Shown piece by piece: positions 49,501 to 64,000 of a DNA stretch of 64,000 nt. The stretch is from Chrysemys picta bellii. Its lineage: Eukaryota. The position numbers and the translations under genes were made by a program. How positions within the stretch are numbered: the first letter of the stretch is position 1; each line of letters starts with the position of its first letter. The stretch covers positions 3,720,001 through 3,784,000 of the forward strand of contig NC_088794.1 of assembly GCF_011386835.1 (NCBI RefSeq). Reading direction: 5' to 3'. The notes beneath the pieces were generated by a model that was not told where the DNA came from, did no database searches, and worked only from the letters and a program-made list of their open reading frames with translations.

Positions 49501-52500
49501 TATGCTCCCAGTACTTCTGTTAGTCTCAAAGGTGCCACAGGACCCTCTGTTGCTTTTTTAAAACGAAAACAATCTCTCACCCAGTGCAAGATGAGGGACT
49601 TTAAAGGTTAGGGTTAAAGTTAGGGTTGGGGGTAGAATATAGATTATCTTTAGGTGTAGGGTGAGCATAACTGTTAACTTGAAGGTCAAGGGTGAGGGTT
49701 ATTGGTGGGGTACAGCAAGATTTAGTGATTGTGTTAGGGTTAAGGTCAGTTAAGTTTCATGGTGAATAGGGACGGGTTAAAGTGTTAGTGTTAAGGTTGT
49801 GTTAGGGTTAGAATTAAGGGTTAGGGTTAAGTGTAAAGGTTCGATTTAGGTAGGTTTGGAAGGATTCAGTTTTGATTGGTGAATGTCAATTTCAGCATGC
49901 ACGCACAAACTGAAGACAAAACATTTCTACTGATAATAATGGAAATTTACATATAGGTAACGTAAGAAAAGTGCGGCTTGAGAACGTATGGTAGTCACAC
50001 CTTAATGTGTATAAAGCAGGTGGTCATGAATGCTACATAAAGCATGTATTTACAGTTCTGCTAAAACAGCTGGTGCTGCATTACCGGAGCACGTGCTGCA
50101 GATAATTATGCAGTGATCATAAAGCTTTCACTTTTTGAATCTTACGATCTACTGGAATTAAATAATTATTGTCTGACTCTCCCCCTATAATTTCCCACAA
50201 CTGTGAAAATTTAAATGGATAAAAATGGGGGGAAATGCTTAAAAATAAACATTGATATCGTCCATCTACATTATTTTTAAAAAATCAAATTCTGCCAAGC
50301 CTAAATGTGATCAGGGACCGTAAAGGTTAGGACTGGGGTTAGGGTTAGGGCATAGTGTTATCTTTAGGTGGAGGGTGAGCATAACTGTTAACCTGAAAAA
50401 ACAACGAGGAGTCCTTGTGGCACCTATGACTTCTTGTCAACTGTTTGAAATGGGCCACCTCAATTACATTGATCTCATTAGCACTACAAAAGTGATTTTT
50501 TCCGCCCTTCTTGTCAACTGTTGAAAATAGCCCACTTCCACCTTAATTGAATTGGCTCATTAGCACTGAGCCCCCACTTGGTAAGGCAACTCCTATCTTT
50601 TCATATGCTGTGTATTTATACCTCTCTACCGTATTTTTCACTCCATGCATTTGATGAAGTGGGTTTAGCCCACAAAAGCTTATGCCCAAATAAATCTGTT
50701 AGTCTCTAAGGTGCCACAAGGACTCCTCATTGTTTTTGCTGATACAGACTAACACAGCTACCACTCTGAAACCTGTTAACCTGAAGTTTAAGAAAGAGGG
50801 TTATTGGTAGGGGGTAAGGTTAGGGTAAGTGTTAGCATTACCCTAACACTTGTTCGAGGTTAAGGTTGTGTTAGGGTGAGAATTCAGCAGTAGGGTTGAG
50901 TTTAAGGGTTAGATTCACTGTTGAAAGTTAAGATTAGTGGTTAGCGTGAGGGTTAAATTTAAGGGCTAGAGATAAGATTAAGGCTAAAGGTTAGGAGTAA
51001 GGGTTAGTGTATAGTTTTAGCTTTAGCAGTAGGGTGAGTATTTAGGGTTAATTTTTAGGATTAAATTTAGGGTTAATTTTTAGGATTGAGGCTGGGGTCA
51101 GGGATATGTTTAGGGTTAAGGGTATATCGGGATAGAGAGCTAGATTTTTATTTAGATTAACATTGCAGTTAAAGTAGGGTTAGGATTCAGAGTATAGCAG
51201 GGGTATAATGCTAGATTTTGATTTACGGTTAGTGTTGCAGTTAAAAATAAGGTTAGGGTTAGGAGTATAACGGGTATAGTGCTAGATTTTGACTTACGGT
51301 TAGCAATGTTGTTAACAGCAAGGTTAGGTTTATGGTTATGATTAATGTTATAGCAGGGGTACAATGCTAGATTTTGATTTAGGGCTAGCATTGCTGTTAA
51401 CAGTAGGGCTAGAGTTATGGTTAGGGTTAAGGGTATAGTGGGATATAGTGATAGATTTTTATTTAGGGTTAAGGTCAAGAGTTAAGTTTTATGGTTAATA
51501 GTTAAGGATTAATAGTTAGGTTTAAGGATTATGTTGGAGATAAGGTTGTGTTAGGTTTAGAATTAAGGGTTAAGGGTTAGGGTTAAATTTAAAGATTATA
51601 TCAGGGACCATAGAAGTTAGGGTAGGGGTGGGAGTTAGAGGATGGTGTTATCTTTAAGTGTAGGGTGATCATAACTGTTAATCTGAATTTTAAGGATAAG
51701 GGTTATTGGCAAGGGGAAAGGAGAGGGGTAGGTTTAGTGTTGGGGTAGGGTTAAGGGTTAGGGGGTTAAGGTTAATATTATGGTAGAATTATGCCCCAAA
51801 GCTGTTTTCCAATCACCATCCGGGGGAGCCCTAGAACCTCCTCCCCCTTAACCCCCAAAGTCCTACCATTTTCCCACAGCCCACATTCACCCCCTCACCT
51901 CCGTACTGAGTGTCACCCCAGCCGGTCACCCAGCACTCCATGCCCGCGGGGAACTCCACAGAGGAGGCCGGAAGGCAGATGGGGCGGATAACTCTGTTGA
52001 AGTTCACAGGGGTTTCCAGCTCCACCAGTGCGATGTCACCGCTGGACCCGATATCGGTGTAGCTGGGATGGCGGTAAATCTCCTTGATGGGAAAAGATAC
52101 CAGACTTTCAGAGGGGTTCTGGAGCTGATATTCCCCTAGGTTCACATGATAGGCAGACTTGTCCCTGCAAGATACAAGAGGAATATAAAGGTGGTTCACC
52201 CAGCAATCAGATGCAGCCAACTCTGGGGTGGGGCAGCTGGGAACCAGCTGTACAACTGATGGGGATGGCTAGCCTGAGGCTGAGATGCAGCTGCCTCTGG
52301 GACAAGCTGGGGAACAGCAGCCCATAACACCACACAGGGCTGGCTCGCCTGGCAATGAGATGCAGCCGTCTCTGGGGTGGGACAGCTCGGGAGTGGCCGT
52401 ACAGTGACGCTGCAGGGGGATGGTTCACCTGGCAATGAGATGCAGCCGCCTCTGGGGTGGGACAGCTCGGGAGTGGCCGTACAGTGACGCCTCAGGGGGA

Positions 52501-53054
52501 TGGTTCACCTGGCAATGAGATGCAGCCGTCTCTGGGACGTGGCAGTTGGGGAACAGCCGCACAGTGACGGCTCCCGCCTGGGTTACTCACCCATTGAAGC
52601 AATGAGCTGCTGACACCACCCAGCTCTCGGCAATGAGGGACCCTCCGCAGATATGGTTGCTGCCTTCACGGATGCTGACCTGCCAGGGCCAGGACCCATT
52701 CTTGGCATCATTGCCCCCCACAATGCGGGGAGATCCCATTGGCTGCTCACAAGCTGAGGAGAAAGGTGGGGAGCAGAGTGAATAGAACCCAGGAGTCCTG
52801 GCTCCCAGCCACCGCTGCTCTAACCCATTAGATGTCACTCCCCTCCCACACCCAGGGCTAAATCCCAAGAGTCCTGGCTCCTGGTTGCCTGGCACATAAC
52901 CTCTATCCTGTCTTCCCTCCCCATCCTCTGTCTCCCCACCCATGAGGTCTCAATTCCAAGGGCTGTTTCCCAGGTGCCCAGCCAACCACTCACCTTCCAG
53001 CAAGGGCAGCTCCTGCAGCAGCCGAAAGACTAGCAGACAGCTTAGACCTCTCAT
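46120..53054 (-). CDS. Serine protease S1A copy 2 (prostasin/PRSS27/tryptase-like, hydrophobic C-terminal anchor), 354 aa
   Basis: Exons 52994-53054, 52591-52753, 51899-52164, 46895-47070, 46120-46518; total 1065 nt, open frame; intact His/Asp/Ser triad and Asp189. Confidence 0.88.
46895..47070 (-). CDS. Copy 2 penultimate exon
   Basis: [17 protein letters not shown]...EGEKDACQ; 176 nt. Confidence 0.95.
47721..49074. mobile_element. hAT element (paralog of 21341-22159) with internal minisatellite expansion
   Basis: TIR CAGTAGTTTTCAAAC / GTTTGAAAACCCCTG; TSD-like CGCTAGAT / CATTAGAC. Confidence 0.85.
48168..48860 (+). repeat. 140-bp C-rich tandem repeat (4 near-identical units plus a diverged fifth)
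   Basis: Unit starts at 48168, 48308, 48448, 48588 and 48729; only one unit in the paralog (about 21820-21960). Confidence 0.9.
49465..49505 (+). ncRNA. Minimal hammerhead ribozyme motif (paralog of 22551-22591)
   Basis: GCAT-CTGAAGA-AGTGAG-GTTCTTA-CCCAC-GAAA-GCTT-ATGC. Confidence 0.7.
49597..51780 (+). repeat. Degenerate (TTAGGG)n-like arrays in copy 2 intron
   Basis: Colinear with 22680-24810. Confidence 0.85.
50398..50772. mobile_element. Penelope-like insertion within the telomere-like array, with a decayed hammerhead motif (50647-50685)
   Basis: Inverted PLE termini; 13-bp TSD CTGTTAACCTGAA; empty site at about 23460. Motif has TTGATGA and CAAAA in place of CTGATGA and CGAAA. Confidence 0.85.
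51899..52164 (-). CDS. Copy 2 Asp102 exon
   Basis: [14 protein letters not shown]...GDIALVEL...CWVTGWGD; 266 nt. Confidence 0.95.
52591..52753 (-). CDS. Copy 2 activation/His57 exon
   Basis: [27 protein letters not shown]...AAHCFN; 163 nt. Confidence 0.95.
52994..53054 (-). CDS. Copy 2 first coding exon ([20 protein letters not shown])
   Basis: ATG, G|gtgagt donor, phase 1; ends in LPLLE like paralog 3 exon 1. Confidence 0.7.
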
Positions 53055-53926
53055 GCCCCACATTCCTCCAGATGCACCTGGCTTCAGCGGTGTCTGGGAC
53101 AGAATCCTGAATGTGAAAGGGAAAGTTGCGGGGGGGAGAAAATACAGATACCCCGGCAGTTTCGTAAATAGAAGTATGAAAACAAAGCGCAGGTGGTGAA
53201 AGGTGACAAAAGGAACTCCTCTTCCAAGAGCCGGGGAGAGAACCCAGGAGTCCTGGCTCCCAGCTTCCCCTCCTCTAGCCCACTAGACTTTACTCCCCTT
53301 CAAGAGCTGGGCATAGAACCCAGGAGTCCTGGATCCCCCCCCCCCCCCCGCCCCGTTCTAACCCACCAAAGGTCATTCACTGGGTTATTTCCTGCTTTCA
53401 TTCTCACTCCATTAAACCTGAAACAGTTTCCTGTTCCAAGCAAATACAAGGTTTAATATTTAAACCCAGGTGGAGTTGTATTCCTATGATAGCCACAAGC
53501 TCTGCTCAGTCCTGTCCCACAGCCCCCTGCTATCCCAGCCCGGGGCTTCCAGTCGTGTGATCTCCGGGTGCGTATATTCAATGACCCTTCGCTACTTCTA
53601 TCTAGTCCCCTCGCTTCAGGTTGGTGCTTCCCCTACAGCCAGAAAGCCATCTACTGTGAATCTGTGCTCACCTGTTCAATACCGTTAATCTATAGGAGAG
53701 GAGTGGGAGCTAGTGGGTTGGAGGAGGGGGTGATGAAATTCAGGACTCCTGGGTTCTATCCCAGCTGCCATCTGCACCTCTCAGAATTTACCTGCCTTGT
53801 AGTTTTATAGCTCTGTTTATGAATGTGACGTGTAGCCTCCTAATTACAGCCGGTGACTTTGCCCTCCCGGTCTGGGCTTTGGTCCCAGCCCTCGGAGGAG
53901 CCGGCTGGAGTTGGGGAAACCGTATC

Positions 53927-58134
<4,208 letters not shown>

Positions 58135-58425
58135 CAATCATCCCTGTCATGGAAAAGACAAGCCATCAGAATTACAACCCATGATTATAGGGCTGGGAGG
58201 GGAGTGGGATCTAGCGGGTTAGTGATTGGGGGAGGGGACTGGGTGTCAGGACGCCTGGGTTCTATCTCTGGCTTTCAGAGGGGATTGAGATCTGGTGGGT
58301 TAGAGCAGGAGTTGGGATCAGGACTCCGGGGTTCTATCCCTGGCTCTGCCAAAGACTCCCTGTGCGACATTCAACAAGTCCCAGGTCTCTCTGAGTCTCA
58401 GTTCCAGTAGATGTAAAAAGGGGGG

Positions 58426-58431
58426 AATAAA
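58426..58431 (+). terminator. Candidate polyadenylation signal of paralog 3
   Basis: First AATAAA, about 290 nt after the stop, followed by a GT/T-rich tract. Confidence 0.55.
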
Positions 58432-59004
58432 TTTGACTTTGTGTGTTTAGAAAGTGAGCCCTTCGGGGCAGGGACTGGCTCCCACCGTGGGTATGGGCAG
58501 AGCCAGCACAATGGGGCACTGATCTCAGTTGTAGTCTGTGCTGCACCTGGCACAAAGGATTCCGGGCCCATGTTCAGGTGTCGTAGGTCCTACAATACTA
58601 CAGAAAATACTAGTAATAAAAGATATGTCTGTCTGTCTCAACTGCATCTGGCTGTCTAGACTGTATATGCCTGGCTGTCTAGTTTGCCTTGTCTGTCTGT
58701 CAAGATTGTTTCTGCCCCTCTGTCGAAATTCTGCCTGTCTAGGTTGTCTGTCTCTTAATATGTTGCATAAAACCATGTGTTTCTATTGGGTCTGTCTGTT
58801 GGTTTAGATTGTGTCTATCTAGATTGTGTCTGTCTGTACCGTCACCATTTGTCTATATGGTGTCTGTCTAGGACAGGTCTATCTCTCATTACTCAGAATG
58901 ATACAAAGTAAATAACCCCAAGAATACTGTGAATTTCCTCGGGCTGTTCTATCCTTGGTCATTTACACAACAAACACAACACAAAGGATCCACACACTCC
59001 TGAG

Positions 59005-59040
<36 letters not shown>
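59005..59040 (+). repeat. (CA)n microsatellite
   Basis: Direct inspection. Confidence 0.9.
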
Positions 59041-59046
<6 letters not shown>

Positions 59047-60432
59047 TCTGGAGTTTAGCGACACACACAGACAGAGACGCACACAGCAGAACCAGGTGAG
59101 TCCCCTTGGGAAGGCTTCCTGGCCATTTCAGGAGACATCACCCCATTCTGCACCTGCCAGCGGCATCAAGTTGTGGAAACACAAGGGGGAGGTGTCAACT
59201 GCACGGGACCCAGGGAAGGACCGAGGGGCCAATAAGGCTGTGACAGGGGGCAGGCTGGATACAGGGAGAGTGAAAACGGGTCGGGGTGGAGGCCCAAGAA
59301 GCGGTTTCCCTAGAAGGGGGAGAAAAGGGAGGCAATGGGGGGACTGGCTGGGCGACATTCCCAGGCCAGGCAGACAGCTGATACCGGGGATTGGGGTCAC
59401 TGGGGCAGTTCACCGACCCCCTAGTTCTAGTCCCCTGCGGAAGCCGAACTGGGAGCTACTGTGCCATGTACAAGCAGGGTCTGAAAGAGCTCTCCCCTGA
59501 CAGCTGGGAGGGGAAGAGACTTGAGGAGCAAATTGTATTGACGTGACCACACCTACTCTGCCAAGATATCCAGCAGACAGGAGCTGTGTTGCTCAAAGTG
59601 ATCAACTTTGGCTGATGTTGGGATAGAAATCACTTTAGTACTGAATGCAGGGATAGTGACATGTTATCAATGTTGTTGCCTTTATTGTACGAATAAAGGT
59701 GAGCAGAACTGTGCTTAACCTGTCCCAAATGAGGGGGTCACCCTCTGCTGAAAGGACCTCGTTAAGCCAGGGGCTCGAATGCCCGAGCCCTGTGAAAGTA
59801 AAAGGGGTGGGCACAGGTGTCTTTGCTAGGAGGTGCAGTTTCTCCCTCAGAGTTCTCAGTCTAGTTGAACCTGTTCCTCCTGACTGTTCAAAGTTCATTA
59901 GGAGCTGTCACGGAGTATTGGGGGACTCAGGGCCCTGCACCCCCGGCTTCCTGCGATTCACCATGACTCTCAGCCAGCCAGTAAAGCAGAAGGTTTATTT
60001 GGATGACAGGAATACAGTCCAAGACAGGTCTTGCAGGCACAGACAACAGGGCCCCCCTCAGTTAGGTCCAGCTTGGGGTCCCAGGGCATCCCAGCCCACC
60101 CCCCTTTGGGGGGTCAGAGCCATCTCTGCCTCCCAGCCATCTCTCCAGCCCGCTTCCAGCACTCTGCCTTCAGCGACCCCTCCCACAGCCTTTGTTCAGT
60201 TTCCCGGGCCAAGGTGTCACCTGGCCTCCAACCCCTTCCTGGGTTCTCATGTTACACGCTCAGGTATTCGCCTTCGGGCAGACTCCCATCCCTCAATGCA
60301 GACTATCCTAGCCACACTCCCCTGTCAGCATTCACAGACCACAGTAAGAACAGGCCCAGTTCGTCACATCTCCCCCCTTCGAGACCGAACTGAGCAGGGT
60401 CACTTTAGCCAGTGACCCGGGGAAGTTCGAAC

Positions 60433-61308
60433 CTACCCCCGTTCCCATGGATGCCCCCGCATCCCTCCCATTCCTTGGTGAGAATTACACCAGGCCCCTC
60501 CAGTTTCACGCCCCCCCTTAGGTCGGGGGTGCTTGATGGCCCTCGCAGTTCGCATGTGGGAAGGTTTATGCGGCCTGTGCCCTTTTCCCACCCCCATACT
60601 TCTGGGGTTCCAACTGGGCTGTGGTCTTCTCCCAGCGCTCCAGTCTGGAGGTCTGTGCTTTGGGCTCTCTTGGTTTAGAGCCGTCCTTTTAACCTTGGCC
60701 ACCCTCCGGAAAGGATCCTGTATGCTGGGCAAGGGTCCTAAAGCCGTTTTCCCCTTGTCCCAGGCCTTCCTCCCCCTCTGACAGGGGTCACAGGATCCGC
60801 AGTACTGTCGGACAGTAACAAAGACCCCAGGCCAGTAAAAGCTCCGTAGCAGCCTCTGCTGGGTACGCCGGGTTCCCTGGTGCCCTGAGAGGGGAATGTC
60901 ATGGGCCCGGCACAGCAGCTGGCGGCGATACTTCTGGGGTACCACCAGCTGCCTCCTGATCCCCCCTGACTCCATTTTCCCTGGGGGAGCCCATTCTCGA
61001 TACAGGAACCCCTTCTCCCACAGGAACCTTTTCCGGCCACCTCGTCCCATGGTCTGTACCGCATTGAGGTCGGCCAGGTCCCTTATCTTCCGCAAGGAGG
61101 GATCTCTCTGCAACTCGGCCTGGAACTCAGCAGCTGGGACAGGGATGGCCACCTGCTCTTTCTCGCCCGCTGGGTCTGAAGCTGCAGCCTCCCTGAGCCG
61201 TGTCCCTGGGCGTTCCCTCCCCACCAGGTTAGGGTCCTGCGCCTCAGGCAAGGCACCCCCCCCAAGGTCAGGGCACAGTGCCCCTCGCCGGCTCTGACTG
61301 CGGGTCAC
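60433..61308 (-). CDS. Frameshifted continuation: integrase Zn-binding (HHCC) domain, truncated before the DDE core
   Basis: RQLVVPQKYR...AHDIPLSGHQG...FYWPG...CGSCDPCQR...PFRRVA, then non-integrase tail; joins gag-pro if the G9 run near 61350-61358 were G8. Confidence 0.85.
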   Translation of the reverse strand: MTRSQSRRGALCPDLGGGALPEAQDPNLVGRERPGTRLREAAASDPAGEKEQVAIPVPAAEFQAELQRDPSLRKIRDLADLNAVQTMGRGGRKRFLWEKGFLYREWAPPGKMESGGIRRQLVVPQKYRRQLLCRAHDIPLSGHQGTRRTQQRLLRSFYWPGVFVTVRQYCGSCDPCQRGRKAWDKGKTALGPLPSIQDPFRRVAKVKRTALNQESPKHRPPDWSAGRRPQPSWNPRSMGVGKGHRPHKPSHMRTARAIKHPRPKGGRETGGAWCNSHQGMGGMRGHPWERG

Positions 61309-63121
61309 AACCAGTGCCCTTTGGGGGTTGCTTGGCCAGTTCTCCAGGTCCCCCCCCCATCAATACCTCAGTGGGCAAATACGGGTGTACCCCCACATCC
61401 TTGGCGCCCTCCTTGGCCCCCCACTTCAGGTGTACCCTTGCCACGGGCACTTTGACTGGTGTTCCGCCCACCCCCGTCAGGGTCAGGTAGGTGTTGGGCA
61501 CCACCTGATCTGGGGCCACCACCTCGGGCCGGGCCAGCGTCACCTCTGCGCCCGTATCCCAGTATCCATTGACCTTCCTCCCATCCACCTCCAGGGGAAC
61601 AAGGTACTCTCTCCGGAGGGACAGCCCCGCGCCCACCGTATAAACCAAAAACCCTGAGTCTGGAGCATCCAGCCCCCTAGAGGAGCTGGCCTGGAGCTCT
61701 CCTCCCTCCTTAGCAGGTGGTACTCTGCCAGCCCCCCTTCCCTGGGAATGCTGCCTCTCGCCGGGCTGGGTCTCTACCCAGTCAACCCTCTGTGGGTTCG
61801 GTCTGCTCAGTCTGTCCCTGAGCCTGGGGCACTGGGCCTGTATGTGGCCTTTTTGGCCACAGTGGTAGCAGCCCATGTCCCATGGGTCCCCCCGGGTGGG
61901 TCGGATGGTCCTGACGCTGGATGTTCCCCTTTGATGGGGTTTTTCTGTATTTTCCCACGGGGAGGTCCCATGGTGACTCTCTCTCTGCGTTGTGGTGGGA
62001 CTGTTCCTTTGGGACTCCTCCCTGTTATCTCCTGACCGGCTCTTTACAAACTCATCGGCCAGCCGGCCTGCATGTCGCGGGTTCTCTGGCTTTCTGTCCA
62101 CCAACCACAGCCTCAGGTCGGATGGGCACCGCTCATACAGTTGCTCCAGTACCAGCAGTTTGATCAGGTCCTCCTTCGTCTGGGCCCCATCAGCCCACTT
62201 GCTGGCGTATCCTTCCATGCGGACGGCTAGTTGCAGATATGAGATCTCAGGGGTTTTATCCTGACTCCGGAACCTTTCCCGGTACATCTCAGGAGTCAGC
62301 CCAAACTCACGTAGCAGGGCCTTTTTGAATAGTTCGTAGTCCCCTTTCTCTGCCTCTTCCAGTTGGCGGTACAATGCCACGGCTTTGGGGTCCAGTAAGG
62401 GGGTAAGGACCTGGAGTCTGTCCGCGGGATCAACCCGGTGCAGCTCGCAGGCCGTCTCAAAGGCCTCCAGGAAGTCATCCATGTCCTCCCCCTCCTTGTG
62501 TGGGGCCAGGATGCACTTATCAAAGCTCCGTACAGTCCTGGGTCCCCCCTCACTCACCGCAGCCAGGGGTTCGCTGCCCTTCAATCTTGCCAGTTCCAGT
62601 TCATGCTGACGCTGTCTCTCTTCATGCTGTCTCTGTCTCTCTTTCTCCTCCCGTTCATGCTGACGCTGTCTCTCTTGTTCACGATCCCCCAGCTCTCTCA
62701 GTTTTAGCTCTTTCTCCCACTCCAGCCAATTCCGCTCCACGGATACCGAACGTCGCCGGGAGGATCCTCTGCTGGCCGGCGAGCTTCGCCGGGAGGATCC
62801 CCTGCTGGCCGGGGGGGTCACGGCGCCCTCGGTATTTGCTGGGCTCCTCCCCACCCTTCCCCTAGGCATAGGAAGGAGGGGTCTCGGGAAGCCCTCAGCA
62901 GCCGGCTGACCACTCCCAGCTGGGACAGACACTGGTGCCTGCGCTGCATTTGCCAGGCTGCTTCCCTGAGACACAGGGATCAGTTCATTCGCGCGATCTT
63001 CCGCCTCCAGCCGGGCAATGAGCTGTTCTTTGGTGAGCCTCCCAATGCGCAGCCCCCTCTGCTTGCACAGCTCCACCAGGTCGCTCTTAAGCCGCTTGGC
63101 ATACATCTTCCTGCTGGCCAC
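61268..63121 (-). CDS. gag: Gypsy Gag-protease: SAP-like N-terminus, coiled coil, SCAN-like capsid, CCHC knuckle, aspartic protease
   Basis: LKSDLVELCKQRGL...KEQLIARL; LVLEQLYERCPSDLRLWL.DRKP; CYHCGQKGHIQAQC; YWDTGAEVTL. Confidence 0.9.
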   Translation of the reverse strand: MASRKMYAKRLKSDLVELCKQRGLRIGRLTKEQLIARLEAEDRANELIPVSQGSSLANAAQAPVSVPAGSGQPAAEGFPRPLLPMPRGRVGRSPANTEGAVTPPASRGSSRRSSPASRGSSRRRSVSVERNWLEWEKELKLRELGDREQERQRQHEREEKERQRQHEERQRQHELELARLKGSEPLAAVSEGGPRTVRSFDKCILAPHKEGEDMDDFLEAFETACELHRVDPADRLQVLTPLLDPKAVALYRQLEEAEKGDYELFKKALLREFGLTPEMYRERFRSQDKTPEISYLQLAVRMEGYASKWADGAQTKEDLIKLLVLEQLYERCPSDLRLWLVDRKPENPRHAGRLADEFVKSRSGDNREESQRNSPTTTQRESHHGTSPWENTEKPHQRGTSSVRTIRPTRGDPWDMGCYHCGQKGHIQAQCPRLRDRLSRPNPQRVDWVETQPGERQHSQGRGAGRVPPAKEGGELQASSSRGLDAPDSGFLVYTVGAGLSLRREYLVPLEVDGRKVNGYWDTGAEVTLARPEVVAPDQVVPNTYLTLTGVGGTPVKVPVARVHLKWGAKEGAKDVGVHPYLPTEVLMGGGPGELAKQPPKGTGCDPQSEPARGTVP

Positions 63122-63426
63122 TCACCGGCCTGTGTGCTCACAGCTCCCCACAGTTCCCAGGGGGACCCCTAGTGTGCCAGCCCTTCTCGAGGTCACCACC
63201 TCTCTGCCAGGGTCGAGCTGCAGACTCCTCCGCCCCTGGGACCACTCGCTGCGATCCCCCCGGGGGACCCTGTTACCGCAAAAGTCCTTCTCGCTGGTCA
63301 CACACTCCCAGGGGTAATAACCGTCTCTCTCTCACTCTTCAGCACGCCTGGTCCCCGTCAATCCCCCTTCGTTTTACTGCTCCCCAGTCACTTACTGCAG
63401 GAAGCGCCGTCCACGGGGTGCAGTAG

Positions 63427-63444
63427 ATCCCACCTCTGCCACCA
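63427..63444 (-). promoter_or_regulatory. Gypsy primer binding site (tRNA-Leu)
   Basis: TGGTGGCAGAGGTGGGAT, 17/18 match to the complement of the vertebrate tRNA-Leu 3' end (...ATCCCACCGCTGCCACCA). Confidence 0.8.
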
Positions 63445-64000
63445 GTTGTCACGGAGTATTGGGGGACTCAGGGCCCTGCACCCCCAGCTTCCTGCGATTC
63501 ACCATGACTCTCAGCCAGCCAGTAAAGCAGAAGGTTTATTTGGATGACAGGAATACAGTCCAAGACAGGTCTTGCAGGCACAGACAACAGGGCCCCCCTC
63601 AGTTAGGTCCAGCTTGGGGTCCCAGGGCATCCCAGCCCACCCCCCTTTGGGGGGTCAGAGCCATCTCTGCCTCCCAGCCATCTCTCCAGCCCGCTTCCAG
63701 CACTCTGCCTTCAGCGACCCCTCCCACAGCCTTTGTTCAGTTTCCCGGGCCAAGGAGTCACCTGGCCTCCAACCCCTTCCTGGGTTCTCATGTTACACAC
63801 TCAGGTATGCGCCCTCGGGCAGATCCCATCCTGCAATGCAGACTATCCCAGCCCCACTCCCCTGTCAGCATTCACAGACCACAGTGAGAACAGGCCCAGT
63901 TCGTCACAGGAGCCTTTTGTTATTTTAAAGTGCTCAAATGAGAGCGGAAATCACTGCTGGTGGGGCAGTGTGTCTGCCCAGCCTGCAAAGAGCTGTCAAT

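Larger units (their letters stand above)
59906..63908 (-). mobile_element. Internally deleted Gmr1-like Gypsy LTR retrotransposon (4.0 kb)
   Basis: LTRs 59906-60368 and 63447-63908; 5-bp TSD GGAGC; PBS at 63427-63444; PPT AAGGGGGGAGA at 60379-60369; gag-protease-integrase-Zn ORFs; no RT or RNase H. Confidence 0.95.

Overview
Vertebrate genomic DNA, most likely turtle (inferred from the repeat set: tRNA-derived SINE with a CR1 tail, CR1 LINEs, Penelope-like elements, hAT/Harbinger MITEs, Gmr1-type Gypsy). The window is part of a cluster of prostasin/PRSS27/tryptase-like (S1A) serine protease genes. Three complete genes were reconstructed exon by exon: copy 1 (minus, 30314-19489), copy 2 (minus, 53054-46120) and a more distant paralog 3 (plus, 53927-58134) head-to-head with copy 2. 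There is also the signal-peptide exon of a fourth gene (3860-3803; its remaining exons should lie left of the window, behind an ERV) and two dead promoter/exon relics. About 3.5-27.2 kb and 27.2-52.9 kb are two units of a tandem duplication (period about 25.8 kb) whose junction lies inside the intron before the IVGG exon. Copy 1 therefore looks like a chimera: the promoter and signal exon of one paralog joined to the catalytic exons of another. Other notable items: a class III-like ERV remnant, an internally deleted Gmr1-like Gypsy element (SAP-like/SCAN/CCHC/protease/integrase-Zn), Penelope-like insertions carrying minimal hammerhead ribozyme motifs (one is a 229-bp-arm palindrome), and about 2 kb degenerate TTAGGG arrays in protease introns. 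All alignments and counts were done by eye; no database search was run.
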